Shown: positions 18,624 through 27,171, counted from the first letter of the stretch. The stretch is DNA of 53,693 nucleotides from a virus (IMGVR_UViG_3300035682_001576:1-53693), one strand, 5' to 3'. Made by a program: numbers and translations. The notes: generated by a model not told the origin, from the letters alone.

Positions 18624-19811
18624 TTACCCTTTAATACACATTACCTGTTTTAGAGTATGTACAATCTCAACTAAATCAGTTTGTGCAGCCATAACTTGAT
18701 CAATGTCTTTATAAGCGCCTGGAATTTCATCCAATACACCATCATCTTTACGACATTCAACACCCATAGTTTGTACTGATAAGTCCTCTAAGCTGAATAA
18801 CTTTCGAGCCCCATTACGTGAATGTTTACGACCAGCACCATGACTACATGAACAATATGAATCTTCGTTACCCTTACCTTGTACAATGAATGATTTAGCA
18901 CCCATAGAACCAGGAATGATACCCATTTGACCAGCTTTTGCAGATACAGCACCCTTACGAGTAATCCACATATCTTGACCAAAATGATTTTCAAAGTTAG
19001 TAAAGTTATGATGAGCATTTACAATTTCACCAAGAGTTTTCATCTTAGGAAACATATGAAGCAGATTTTGTAGTACAATTTGCATCATAGTATCACGATT
19101 AAGCATTGCATAATCCTGTGCCCATTGCATAGCTTCAATATACATATTGAATTCAGCCGTACCTTCATCTAACCATGCCAAATCTGAATCTACCAATTTA
19201 CGTTGTTCACGTATAGCAATTTCTTTAGCCATGTTAATAGCTACAGTACCGATTTGGTTACCAATTCCACGACTACCAGAATGTAACATAACCCAAACAC
19301 GGTTTTCGCTATCTAAACAAAGTTCAATAAAGTGATTTCCTCCACCCAAAGTACCAATTTGATTGGCAATTTTGTATGGATCAGCACGACCTAGTTTGTC
19401 TCGCAATGTCAACTTTTCCCAACGTTGAAACATTTTAGTTTCAGCTTGACGTAACTTATCTGCAGCTGCACCTTTAACTTTAATTGAACTACGGCTATGT
19501 TCATTGAATCCAACTGGAACACCACGTTCAATAGAGTTACGTAATGAAAACAATGACTCTGGTAAATCTTCGGCAGTTAAGTTAGTCATTACTGCACACA
19601 TTCCACAACCAATATCTACACCAACTGCGGCTGGTATAATAGCACCACGAGTTGGTATAACTGATCCAACAGTAGCACCCTTACCCATATGAACGTCTGG
19701 CATTACTGCCATATGTCCAGCCAAGATTGGCAATTCTGATATATTACGAATTTGATCTAGAGCGGCACGTTCTACTTCCATATCGCCGATCCACATTTTA
19801 ACGTTTTCCAT
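18624..19811 (-). CDS. rtcB: RtcB RNA ligase (tRNA repair)
   Basis: MPDVHMG, GVDIGCGM, GTLGGGNHFIE, LHSGSRG, HHN, RKGA, PGSMG, SHGAGR, DEIPGAYK; likely start MENVK. Confidence 0.96.
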   Translation of the reverse strand: MENVKMWIGDMEVERAALDQIRNISELPILAGHMAVMPDVHMGKGATVGSVIPTRGAIIPAAVGVDIGCGMCAVMTNLTAEDLPESLFSLRNSIERGVPVGFNEHSRSSIKVKGAAADKLRQAETKMFQRWEKLTLRDKLGRADPYKIANQIGTLGGGNHFIELCLDSENRVWVMLHSGSRGIGNQIGTVAINMAKEIAIREQRKLVDSDLAWLDEGTAEFNMYIEAMQWAQDYAMLNRDTMMQIVLQNLLHMFPKMKTLGEIVNAHHNFTNFENHFGQDMWITRKGAVSAKAGQMGIIPGSMGAKSFIVQGKGNEDSYCSCSHGAGRKHSRNGARKLFSLEDLSVQTMGVECRKDDGVLDEIPGAYKDIDQVMAAQTDLVEIVHTLKQVMCIKG

Positions 19812-19827
19812 TTTACTTCCTTTTATT

Positions 19828-19922
19828 TGGTAGTAGCGTAGAGATTCGAACTCTACCGTTGCAGCCCATCTGACCACTCTCCAGGACTTATAAGATCCCG
19901 CCGCACACCAGTGCTCGCTACC
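19828..19922 (-). tRNA. Non-canonical tRNA(UAU) with long variable arm and tetraloop D-arm
   Basis: Acceptor GGTAGCG/CGCTACT-ACCA; D-arm GCAC-TGGT-GTGC; loop CTTATAA; about 25-nt variable region; T-loop TTCGAAT. Confidence 0.75.
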
Positions 19923-19927
19923 ATTAA

Positions 19928-20317
19928 TTATTTAATTTTTGCAAAATTGACACTTTCAGAATAGTATCCGTTACTTTCACCTAACCAGCGAATGTCAACG
20001 TAACCTTTTCTAGTTGCCAATTTATAAAAAGTCCATGTGTAAGATTCTGCATATTTGTCTTCAGTCCAACCCTCAGGATTTTCACCCGATACTTCTTCTG
20101 CCAACAAAATTTCAGAATCTAACAAATCATCTAAATCACCAACAATAGATTCAACATATACATTTTCACAACAATCTTGTGAATGATACATTAAATACGA
20201 ACTACCATCTGATGTTTCAATAGAGATAGTGTCATCTGTTTGTGTTACTTTTGTGATTACTTGACCTTTTAGTGTTTCAAATGCTACTTGTTTGTTCCAT
20301 AAATCCCATAAATTCAT
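19928..20317 (-). CDS. Conserved phage hypothetical protein
   Basis: YHxQDCCExV...W.FYKL.T.KG.V.IRW.GESNGYYSE. Confidence 0.8.
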   Translation of the reverse strand: MNLWDLWNKQVAFETLKGQVITKVTQTDDTISIETSDGSSYLMYHSQDCCENVYVESIVGDLDDLLDSEILLAEEVSGENPEGWTEDKYAESYTWTFYKLATRKGYVDIRWLGESNGYYSESVNFAKIK

Positions 20318-20346
20318 ATTCTTTCTCCTTTGATAATTTTGATAGT

Positions 20347-20421
20347 TGGTTGACCACTACGGTATCGAACCGTATTCTTTCGGGTAAGAGCCGAATGCTT
20401 CACCATTAAAGCTTGTGATCA
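20347..20421 (-). tRNA. tRNA-Lys(CUU)
   Basis: Loop CTCTTAC, CCA. Confidence 0.85.
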
Positions 20422-20433
20422 ATTATTGAATAG

Positions 20434-20518
20434 TGGTGGAGATTACTGGGATCGAACCAGTCGTGCGCAAGCGCGGCGGATTTACAGTCCACTGCATCAC
20501 CATTGATGCTTCATCTCC
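20434..20518 (-). tRNA. tRNA-Tyr(GUA)
   Basis: Loop CTGTAAA, long variable arm. Confidence 0.92.
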
Positions 20519-20526
20519 GAAATGAA

Positions 20527-20697
20527 TTTGTAAGTAGTTCCACCTCTCACTATTGGAACCATTTGAGTCTTTGAATCAAGGGCGCCTGACTTTCAAGGGT
20601 ACGTTACTAGGGAGATACTTGTTTGCTACTAGGCTAATTAGGCCCAACTCACCTTTATCTTGCGGAACAGGCTTTCTCTCTTGCTAACACTTACAAA
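20527..20697 (-). ncRNA. Putative structured ncRNA between tRNA-Asp and tRNA-Tyr
   Basis: Closing stem TTTGTAAGT/ACTTACAAA, inner GTTCCA/TGGAAC hairpin, raised GC, no ORF. Confidence 0.5.
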
Positions 20698-20700
20698 ACT

Positions 20701-20775
20701 TGGCGACTCGTGGGAGAATCGAACTCCCATAACAGGATAGACAATCCCGTGTAATAACCATTATACTAACGAGCC
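20701..20775 (-). tRNA. tRNA-Asp(GUC)
   Basis: Loop TTGTCTA, GCCA. Confidence 0.9.
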
Positions 20776-20781
20776 ATAATT

Positions 20782-20856
20782 TGGTACAGCTAAGGAGAAT
20801 CGAACTCCTCTTACCGCCGTGAAAGGGCAGTGTCCTAACCGATAGACGATAGCTGT
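20782..20856 (-). tRNA. tRNA-Glu(UUC)
   Basis: Loop CTTTCAC, CCA. Confidence 0.9.
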
Positions 20857-20865
20857 ATGTAATAC

Positions 20866-21060
20866 TTAACTTGTTTTTGCTTCTTTACGAGCGTTTTTCT
20901 CTGCAGTGATTTCATTACGGCGTAATTTAATCAACTTGGCTAGTTCACCTAATGCCTTACGGGCACGAGTACCAGCGGCCGAATTTCCACCTGCAAACTT
21001 TGTATCTTCTGTTTGCCATGCTTCGACTTGCTCGTTAATTTGTTTAATAGTTGTTGACAT
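20866..21060 (-). CDS. Histone H1-like (Hc1-type) small basic protein
   Basis: KF..GNxAAGTRARKAL.EL.KL....R.EI motif. Confidence 0.7.
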   Translation of the reverse strand: MSTTIKQINEQVEAWQTEDTKFAGGNSAAGTRARKALGELAKLIKLRRNEITAEKNARKEAKTS

Positions 21061-21150
21061 TTTATTTTCCTTTTGTGAATGTATATTTAATACAACGTAT
21101 TATCTCACAAAATTAATTTAATGTCAACAGAATTTGGATATATTAATATT

Positions 21151-21852
21151 TTATGGTGTCCAACGAATAGATAAATCAGAGTATTTTTCTGCTGATTGTA
21201 CTATCAAATCTTTTACTGAAGAAGATATCTTATCTGATTTCATTTCGGTAATTATTAATACTGCCAATCTTATGGAATTAGGTCTATCAACATTTACAGT
21301 ATGTATCGATCTAACATTATTAAGATAAAATCCATTATGAGATTTTAAAATTTTAGCTGAATATGTTATATCTTGTACTTTGGGAGTAATACCATTTTCT
21401 GGTATTTTACCCAATTCTTCCCTAGATTGATATTTTTTCTTGGTTGGTTTAATTAATAAAAAATCTCTATCAATTTCATCATTTTCAAGATACAATCTTA
21501 ATCCAATTTCATCAGGGTCGGCATGCCAATAGGTTGAACCAACATAATGTGATTTCATTGGAAGTAATATTGCGGCCATTAATTCTGATTCTTGTAATGA
21601 AAATGCAGAATAAAAATATTCTGCCAATTCTGGAAAATTTTTATCAAAATCTTCCAACCAATTTCCATTTTTTCTGGCATAAACAATATCCCAAGGATAG
21701 ATATCGTCTATTGTAATTTTGCTACCATCAATACGATTCTGTATTGTTTGAATTTGATTTTTTTTACACCATTCATTTAGTTTTAATCTGTCAAATACAG
21801 GGACAGGTTTAACATCAATTGGAGTATAAAGAATATCTAAAATATCAGTCAT
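21151..21852 (-). CDS. Fe(II)/2OG oxygenase-like
   Basis: WHAD...LNN..SIH.V......R. Confidence 0.5.
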   Translation of the reverse strand: MTDILDILYTPIDVKPVPVFDRLKLNEWCKKNQIQTIQNRIDGSKITIDDIYPWDIVYARKNGNWLEDFDKNFPELAEYFYSAFSLQESELMAAILLPMKSHYVGSTYWHADPDEIGLRLYLENDEIDRDFLLIKPTKKKYQSREELGKIPENGITPKVQDITYSAKILKSHNGFYLNNVRSIHTVNVDRPNSIRLAVLIITEMKSDKISSSVKDLIVQSAEKYSDLSIRWTP

Positions 21853-21872
21853 GAACTGTTACCTTTAAAATT

Positions 21873-22202
21873 TTATGTAATAGCGTATTTCTTTTCTAGA
21901 ACATTTCCTAATACTCGTGAAAATGAAGGGCGATTTAATAAAAATGTACGACCCAAGATATCACCACGTTTAACGTTTTCACTATCTTGTTTCACTATAT
22001 AACTACAGAATTTTTTACCTTTTTGCACTTTAAGTAATGGTTCACGAGCAGTAATTTTTACATTATTCTGATCTTGTTTAACAATATCATCGTCCCATTG
22101 AGCACTTTGATAACTTTGAGTTTCTATGGTTTTCTTGATATAATTCAAGTAACTATCAACTGCATTTCGTAATTCTATATCTGTGCGAAGTTCATTTGTC
22201 AT
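21873..22202 (-). CDS. Hypothetical protein
   Basis: ORF track, GGAG SD. Confidence 0.65.
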   Translation of the reverse strand: MTNELRTDIELRNAVDSYLNYIKKTIETQSYQSAQWDDDIVKQDQNNVKITAREPLLKVQKGKKFCSYIVKQDSENVKRGDILGRTFLLNRPSFSRVLGNVLEKKYAIT

Positions 22203-22766
22203 AGTAGTATCTCCTATTATTATTTAGTCATGTAACAATCACATAGACTTAATTAGTAATGTGATATACCATATTGAAACACACTTATCAGCGAATGAAA
22301 CGACTTACGATAAATGTACTTCAATATGGTTCCGAGATTTCGATCCAGTCACGGTTCTTCAGCCTCAGATTCACAACCACTGAGAGACCACTGTATTGCA
22401 CGATGACTAGTCGGCCACGATGGTAGTCCTGTATTGTTGTTACTTACCATATTGAAATACACTTACACTCCCTACGCATCCGACAACAATGCCACGCATC
22501 CAAGGCAAAATGTACTTCAATATGGCGTCTTATCGTCTGATCCTGTGGCAGCTGGTCAAAGCGACACATTCACCTATTGTAGACTTCTAGCGACTCTGTT
22601 TGGGGTCCACTGTGACTAGCAGCGACCTCCCGCCCGATCTACTATACTAACCATATTGAAACACTCTGTCATTTCAGACTATACACCCTTGCCAGATGTC
22701 AACCATAATAGGTTCCTGTCAATTCAGGTACTGTAAAACTTCTTTCATAAAGTTTTGTGCTTCAAT

Positions 22767-22868
22767 ATGGCATATCCAATAACACTCGGAATTGAACCGA
22801 AAAGACCGTAGTACAGTCTGCGACCACGCTAAATTGTTGCAACAACCTTTGTGTTAATGTGTTGATAG
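22767..22868 (-). ncRNA. tRNA-mimic RNA (extra hairpin, D-like arm, arm, T-arm)
   Basis: TAACAC/GTGTTA stem, GCG-TGGT-CGC, AGACTG/CGGTCT, TCGG-TTCAATT-CCGA; ends GCCA. Confidence 0.55.
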
Positions 22869-23051
22869 TGTCCGAGATTCCGAGCCTCGATGTACCACTT
22901 CGTGTCAGTCCCATATATGACCCACTAACAACTGATATAACCATATTGAAATACACTCTACAGGAATCGAACCTGTCAACATTGATCCATTACGGGGCAA
23001 TGCTATGTCCACCACTCAGCGTGCGCTACGCCTTGAATGTACTTCAATATG

Positions 23052-23318
23052 ATTGCTCATATCGATCTTAACGATCTCCCACTGCTTACAACTGCTTCCC
23101 AATTTCCCGTCAATCTGCACCTGTGGTCAGGCAAAGATCCTCATCGGCCCAATTTTCTAGAATTGGTGATCCTTGGGAAAGGACTGTATGGCCTAAACCT
23201 GCCATACCTCAGGCTATTAAATTTCTGGCCGGTGTTTCACGAGGTTATCTACCGGCCCCACCTCGACTTTACGGCGATTTTTCAGTCACGTGCCTTACTG
23301 GTCGCTATCTTATGTACT
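23052..23318 (-). ncRNA. Putative pseudoknotted ncRNA
   Basis: H-type pseudoknot at 23227-23265 (CGAGGT/ACCTCG interleaved with GGCCGGT/ACCGGCC) plus several hairpins. Confidence 0.55.
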
Positions 23319-23402
23319 TGGTGTGTGATGTAGGGATCGAACCTACCCGCCCTAAGGCCACTGGGTTACAACCAGCTAGAACGCCATTGTTCCATACCAC
23401 AC
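23319..23402 (-). tRNA. tRNA-Tyr(GUA), second divergent copy
   Basis: Loop TTGTAAC, variable arm GCC-TTAG-GGC, CCA. Confidence 0.8.
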
Positions 23403-23415
23403 ATTAAACTTTTAC

Positions 23416-23490
23416 TGGGGTGACTACTGAGTACCGACCTCAGGCTAACTCCTTCACAGGGAGGGGTGCTTCCATTACACTATAGCCACC
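23416..23490 (-). tRNA. tRNA-His(GUG) with atypical T-loop
   Basis: G-1/C73, loop CTGTGAA, T-loop GTCGGTA. Confidence 0.8.
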
Positions 23491-23705
23491 ATTGTTATTA
23501 GTTGTATTGTTTCGTTATAGACAACAATAACCCTATTGTCGTTTGCTTTTATCGCCCAAACATTATACAAGGACACTGGCCAGTGTTGATCTTGATTTCG
23601 TTTGGCACAACTGTATATTCGATGCCTGCAGGACAGAGCGAAAATCGCCAGTGCATTAATCTGGTGAACACAGATTTTTTCCAAAACAATACAACTAATA
23701 ACAAT
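23491..23705 (-). ncRNA. Putative ncRNA closed by a perfect 22-bp stem
   Basis: ATTGTTATTAGTTGTATTGTTT (23491-23512) is the exact reverse complement of 23684-23705. Confidence 0.55.
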
Positions 23706-23706
23706 A

Positions 23707-23950
23707 AGTGCTTTCTCCCTGCGGCGGTAACTATAGCATAGAGAAGTTGACTAACTATGCCTTCCATCCGCTCCCACAGGGAGAACTCTCGTGTTGCAAA
23801 CGCCGGTTAGGTTAGACCGCAGCTTTCGCTGAAGCAGATTCTTCACCCTTTGTTACCAAAGGCAGACCCTTGCTTGAACCACCCGTAGCCATCACAGCTA
23901 CTTCATCGTCTGGGCTCAGACTAGGCGCTGATTAGGCACCGTGCTCGTTA
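23707..23950 (-). ncRNA. Putative large GC-rich structured ncRNA
   Basis: 12-bp TTCTCCCTGTGG/CCGCAGGGAGAA helix, CAGC-GAAA-GCTG, GTAGC/GCTAC, CCTTT/AAAGG and GCATAG/CTATGC hairpins. Confidence 0.6.
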
Positions 23951-24098
23951 CTACATCATTATAAAACACATTACAGCTTGTGGCCTTTCTACCATAATAC
24001 TCGGTTCGGCAATGTGTTTTATAATGAAGACTTCAGTAGTGTCTCCCGACAGGACTACGTTTCCCAACGTAAAGAAGTCAACGTACTTCTATTGTGAT

Positions 24099-24210
24099 TT
24101 ACACAATATTTTTATGTCTTCTGCACCGATCTGTCGAACCCGTATTTCCTCAATACGGTAGAAGAGGTTGCTAGTCTTCTAAAGGGCAAAGACATAAAAA
24201 TATTATGTAA
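24099..24210 (-). ncRNA. Putative ncRNA closed by a ~22-bp stem
   Basis: TTACATAATATTTTTATGTCTT pairs with AAGACATAAAAATATTGTGTAA (one G-U). Confidence 0.5.
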
Positions 24211-24340
24211 CACAATATTGAAATACACTGAATGTAGCGATGATCGTTACCTCGGCTGAACCAGCCACTCTAGAAGTGCTGTAGTTCTCGTTCAGGCTCA
24301 ACTACTAACGGCTTACAATGTACTTCAATATTGCGTCTAA

Positions 24341-24401
24341 TTTTTAAAGAACGATTTACTTACTGAACTTCTATTATAACTGATTACTGATTTATCGTCA
24401 A
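24341..24401 (-). promoter_or_regulatory. sigma70 promoter (TTGACG-N17-TATAAT) plus boxA-like CGTTCTTTAAAAA
   Basis: -35 at 24396-24401, -10 at 24373-24378, boxA-like at 24341-24353. Confidence 0.75.
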
Positions 24402-24701
24402 GTCTTTTTTTTATATTCTACACAATATTGAAACATACTTACTAAGGGAGGACAGAAATTCTAGCTCGGCTCGTTTTCCAAGATATCGAAATCATTCTCA
24501 TTACTCTCGCCTGTTATGTCCGCCATATACCGATCCAACCCATACGGAATCCGTGGCTGGCGTTATAGTCCATGTTTCGTATGAGCAACATCTGCGACCA
24601 GACATGGGAATCATACTAACCTAACGGAAGCGATAACCTTAGTGTACTTACACAGGCATGACCCATGTACTCACAAAAATATGCTTCAATATTGCGTCTA
24701 A

Positions 24702-24764
24702 TTTTTAAAGAACGTTTACTACTTACTATACAACTATTATAACTGAATACTGATTTATTGTCAA
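24702..24764 (-). promoter_or_regulatory. sigma70 promoter (TTGACA-N17-TATAAT) plus boxA-like CGTTCTTTAAAAA
   Basis: -35 at 24759-24764, -10 at 24736-24741, boxA-like at 24702-24714; duplicate of the previous leader. Confidence 0.8.
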
Positions 24765-24769
24765 GCTTT

Positions 24770-24961
24770 TTATTCGCCGTCAATATCAATACCGAGTTCA
24801 ATCATATAGGCATCAAGAGCATCAGAATAATAATCTTCTGCCATTACTCTCATGATCAAACTACGATCAAACTTCATGCCGTGAATAACAACGGGACCTT
24901 CGGCATCTAATTTATCACAAAATTTCTCTTCTGCACATGCCATCTGATTTAGTAAATTCAT
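24770..24961 (-). CDS. Small acidic early protein
   Basis: ORF track, AAGGA SD, own promoter. Confidence 0.65.
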   Translation of the reverse strand: MNLLNQMACAEEKFCDKLDAEGPVVIHGMKFDRSLIMRVMAEDYYSDALDAYMIELGIDIDGE

Positions 24962-25096
24962 TTTTACTTCCTTTTCTCTAGTGTATGTGTATATTTTACA
25001 CTAAAATTGAATTATCGTCAAGTTATTTTGTTGTATTTTTACAACATTATTAATCATGATTTTATCTTATAATGACTTAATATTATAAATATATAT

Positions 25097-25696
25097 ATGA
25101 AATTTAATGGAAATATAAACACTTTATCAACTATTACTAATAGTGATGTTTTATCACTATTACAAATTAAACTTAATAATTATGATTGGGATCATGATCC
25201 ATGTTTATTATACAACAAAGAAAAAGATGTAGCATTTAATGATAGTTACTGTATTCAATTTACTCCAAGTTCATTGATGTGTCATATTCGTTCAACTTAT
25301 AAACAAAATTATACAGAATCCACATTAGAACTTACTAAACTTGGAGATATAATTTCATCAGAAATTCATCAATTGTTCCCAGATCATTACCATCTTAAAA
25401 GTCATTTTGTTGCTATTATCCCACATGGAAAACAAATACGACATACTGATGAATCATTTTATCATAGATATTCCAAAAGATTAGTTGTTCCTATTATTAC
25501 CACTAATTTATCATATACAAATTTTGATAATGATATATATACACTTGAAGTCGGTACAATTTATGAAATGAATAATCGTGTGCCACATTGGAGCGAAAAT
25601 AATGATGATGAGATTAGAGTATTTCTATTCATGGATTTAATTTCTCCAATAAATTTACAAATTATAAAAAATCATTATAAATATTATCATGAGTAA
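25097..25696 (+). CDS. AspH-like Fe(II)/2OG oxygenase
   Basis: RHTD...R...PIIT...EMNNRVPH..EN....RV.L. Confidence 0.75.
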   Translation: MKFNGNINTLSTITNSDVLSLLQIKLNNYDWDHDPCLLYNKEKDVAFNDSYCIQFTPSSLMCHIRSTYKQNYTESTLELTKLGDIISSEIHQLFPDHYHLKSHFVAIIPHGKQIRHTDESFYHRYSKRLVVPIITTNLSYTNFDNDIYTLEVGTIYEMNNRVPHWSENNDDEIRVFLFMDLISPINLQIIKNHYKYYHE

Positions 25697-25961
25697 AGAA
25701 AGAATTCCAACTAACATGAGACGTATTGTAATTGAACGTGATGGATTACGTTGTGTATATTGTGATATAGATTTACTTAAAAATGAAATACATTTAGATC
25801 ATGTAATACCAGAATCCAAAGGTGGGCCAACTTCAATTAGTAATTTACAAGTTACTTGTGGTAAATGTAATCTTGAAAAAGGTATTTTAACCGAAAGTGA
25901 ATTTGAAAATAAACTACGTACACGAGCATTAAACATCTTGAATAGATTAGGTTTCAAATAA
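25689..25961 (+). CDS. Small HNH endonuclease
   Basis: RDG.RCVYC...LDHVIPESKGG....NLQVTC.KCN..K. Confidence 0.88.
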   Translation: MSKERIPTNMRRIVIERDGLRCVYCDIDLLKNEIHLDHVIPESKGGPTSISNLQVTCGKCNLEKGILTESEFENKLRTRALNILNRLGFK

Positions 25962-25963
25962 TA

Positions 25964-26191
25964 TCAAATTCTACGCTTTTTCCAAGTGTAATCTTCACCA
26001 TTTGGAAGTTTACCATCTTCTATACTATCCACTCCCATTTTGCCAACTTGATTTGGATTCTCTCCTACCATGGCCACATAACTACGACCTACAGTACGCA
26101 TATTATTGACTCGTGTTAGTGCCTCTATCATTTCTAAATAATCTTCACTACGTGCTTGACCGTCTTCTTCAGTCCAATATACTTTATACAT
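25964..26191 (-). CDS. Conserved phage hypothetical protein
   Basis: ENPN.VGK.GVD...GKLP.G..Y.WKKRR. Confidence 0.75.
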   Translation of the reverse strand: MYKVYWTEEDGQARSEDYLEMIEALTRVNNMRTVGRSYVAMVGENPNQVGKMGVDSIEDGKLPNGEDYTWKKRRI

Positions 26192-26212
26192 TTCTTCTCT
26201 TTTCGCATTATA

Positions 26213-26809
26213 TTAATTATTGTATATCAACACCGCGTCATCAGCAGTTCTTTCTTTAAGTTCATATCCATTATTAATATATAGTTCTATAGTGTCATCA
26301 ATGATCTTAAGATCCGTTAATCCATTGCATTCAAATCTTATTTTTTTAGGATAATTACTTGTTGGTCTAGATTTTAAATAGTTCAACAAATGTCTTAAAA
26401 TAAAACAATCACTACCTTCGGTATCTATTTTTAAGTAATCAACTGATTCTACTGTATTATCTATGAATAATTGAGAGATAGGAATCTGTAATACGTTTTT
26501 TTCTATAGACACTAAGTGTTTATATTTTGTGTGTTGATAATGATAATACCCTACTTTATTGCATCCCTTGATCTTGTTGGTTAATTGATTTTGATAAATT
26601 ACATTGTCAGGAATATAATAAACATCAACGTAACTCTGAGAATTATCTGCACTAATAGCACAATTTATTTTCTTAACATTCTTTGGACTTGGTAAGTTAT
26701 CTAAATAAAATTTTAAAGGTTCTACAGAAATTCCCACAGTATCATCGTTGGAACCTTGAATCAATGTATCGTAATCACTAGTTCCAATTTCTATAAAATT
26801 ATAATGCAT
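26213..26809 (-). CDS. FkbM-family methyltransferase
   Basis: FIEIG...SVEP...NCAIS...LKIDTEGSD...I.FE. Confidence 0.8.
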   Translation of the reverse strand: MHYNFIEIGTSDYDTLIQGSNDDTVGISVEPLKFYLDNLPSPKNVKKINCAISADNSQSYVDVYYIPDNVIYQNQLTNKIKGCNKVGYYHYQHTKYKHLVSIEKNVLQIPISQLFIDNTVESVDYLKIDTEGSDCFILRHLLNYLKSRPTSNYPKKIRFECNGLTDLKIIDDTIELYINNGYELKERTADDAVLIYNN

Positions 26810-26872
26810 ATTTTTATCCTATATAATATAGTATATTATTTATCTGTACAAACTGTTATAGCCATTATTTAT

Positions 26873-26948
26873 TGGTGCTAACTGTTGGAATCGAACCAAC
26901 TTCAACGGTTCTTCAAACCGCCGCTATGACCACATCAGCTAAGTCAGC
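26873..26948 (-). tRNA. tRNA-Phe(GAA)
   Basis: Loop TTGAAGA, CCA. Confidence 0.88.
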
Positions 26949-26952
26949 ATGT

Positions 26953-27050
26953 TACCATATTGAAATACACTCTTATCATTATCCCAGCGTCCGGATACGG
27001 TTTAACAGGACCCAACGTCAGAGGTCAGGTGAATGTACTTCAATATGGTA
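26953..27050 (-). repeat. Stem-bracketed RNA cassette (dispersed copy) overlapping the CCA of tRNA-Val
   Basis: TACCATATTGAAGTACATTC ... GAGTGTATTTCAATATGGTA. Confidence 0.8.
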
Positions 27051-27119
27051 GGTTCTAAAAGAATCGAACTTTTGTCTACTGGATGTCGACCAGTAATTCT
27101 CCCATTGAACTAAGAACCT
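27046..27119 (-). tRNA. tRNA-Val(GAC) with C33
   Basis: Loop TCGACAT, acceptor AGGTTCT/AGAACCT-ACCA. Confidence 0.8.
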
Positions 27120-27171
27120 AATTTGCATAGAACTTGTCACATTATACGCCCTATGCAAGGGCGAGCTACTT

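Larger units (their letters stand above)
22268..24696 (-). repeat. Array of stem-bracketed RNA cassettes (CCATATTGAAGTACATT ... AGTGTATTTCAATATGG) at 22268-22330, 22447-22525, 22651-22770, 22942-23051, 23956-24027, 24211-24335, 24421-24696
   Basis: Recurrent 15-19 bp inverted pair with G-U pairs on the minus strand and compensatory changes; unrelated interiors. Confidence 0.85.

Noticed and set aside
19828-19922. Selenocysteine tRNA or intron-containing tRNA
   Set aside because: Anticodon is UAU, not UCA, the fold is 7/5, and the extra sequence lies in the variable arm rather than the anticodon loop.
22942-23051. Canonical YrlA Y RNA
   Set aside because: Arm order is D then T, as in ordinary tRNA, not permuted, and no Ro60/Rsr gene is visible; kept only as a generic tRNA mimic.
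23475-23560. tmRNA, suggested by the GCAAACGACAAT (ANDN) tag-like start on the minus strand
   Set aside because: No tRNA-like domain ends flank it; the frame runs into tRNA-His and does not end in an AA-type degron. Probably coincidental, though a permuted or partial tmRNA should be excluded with ARAGORN/cmscan.
22268-24696. CRISPR or TIGR array
   Set aside because: Repeats come as inverted pairs with highly variable interiors (about 27-240 nt) and irregular spacing; no cas or Nop-domain gene in the window.
22434-24801. Short ORFs in the ORF track across the ncRNA block
   Set aside because: No SD or recognisable motifs; they overlap tRNAs and structured repeats on both strands.
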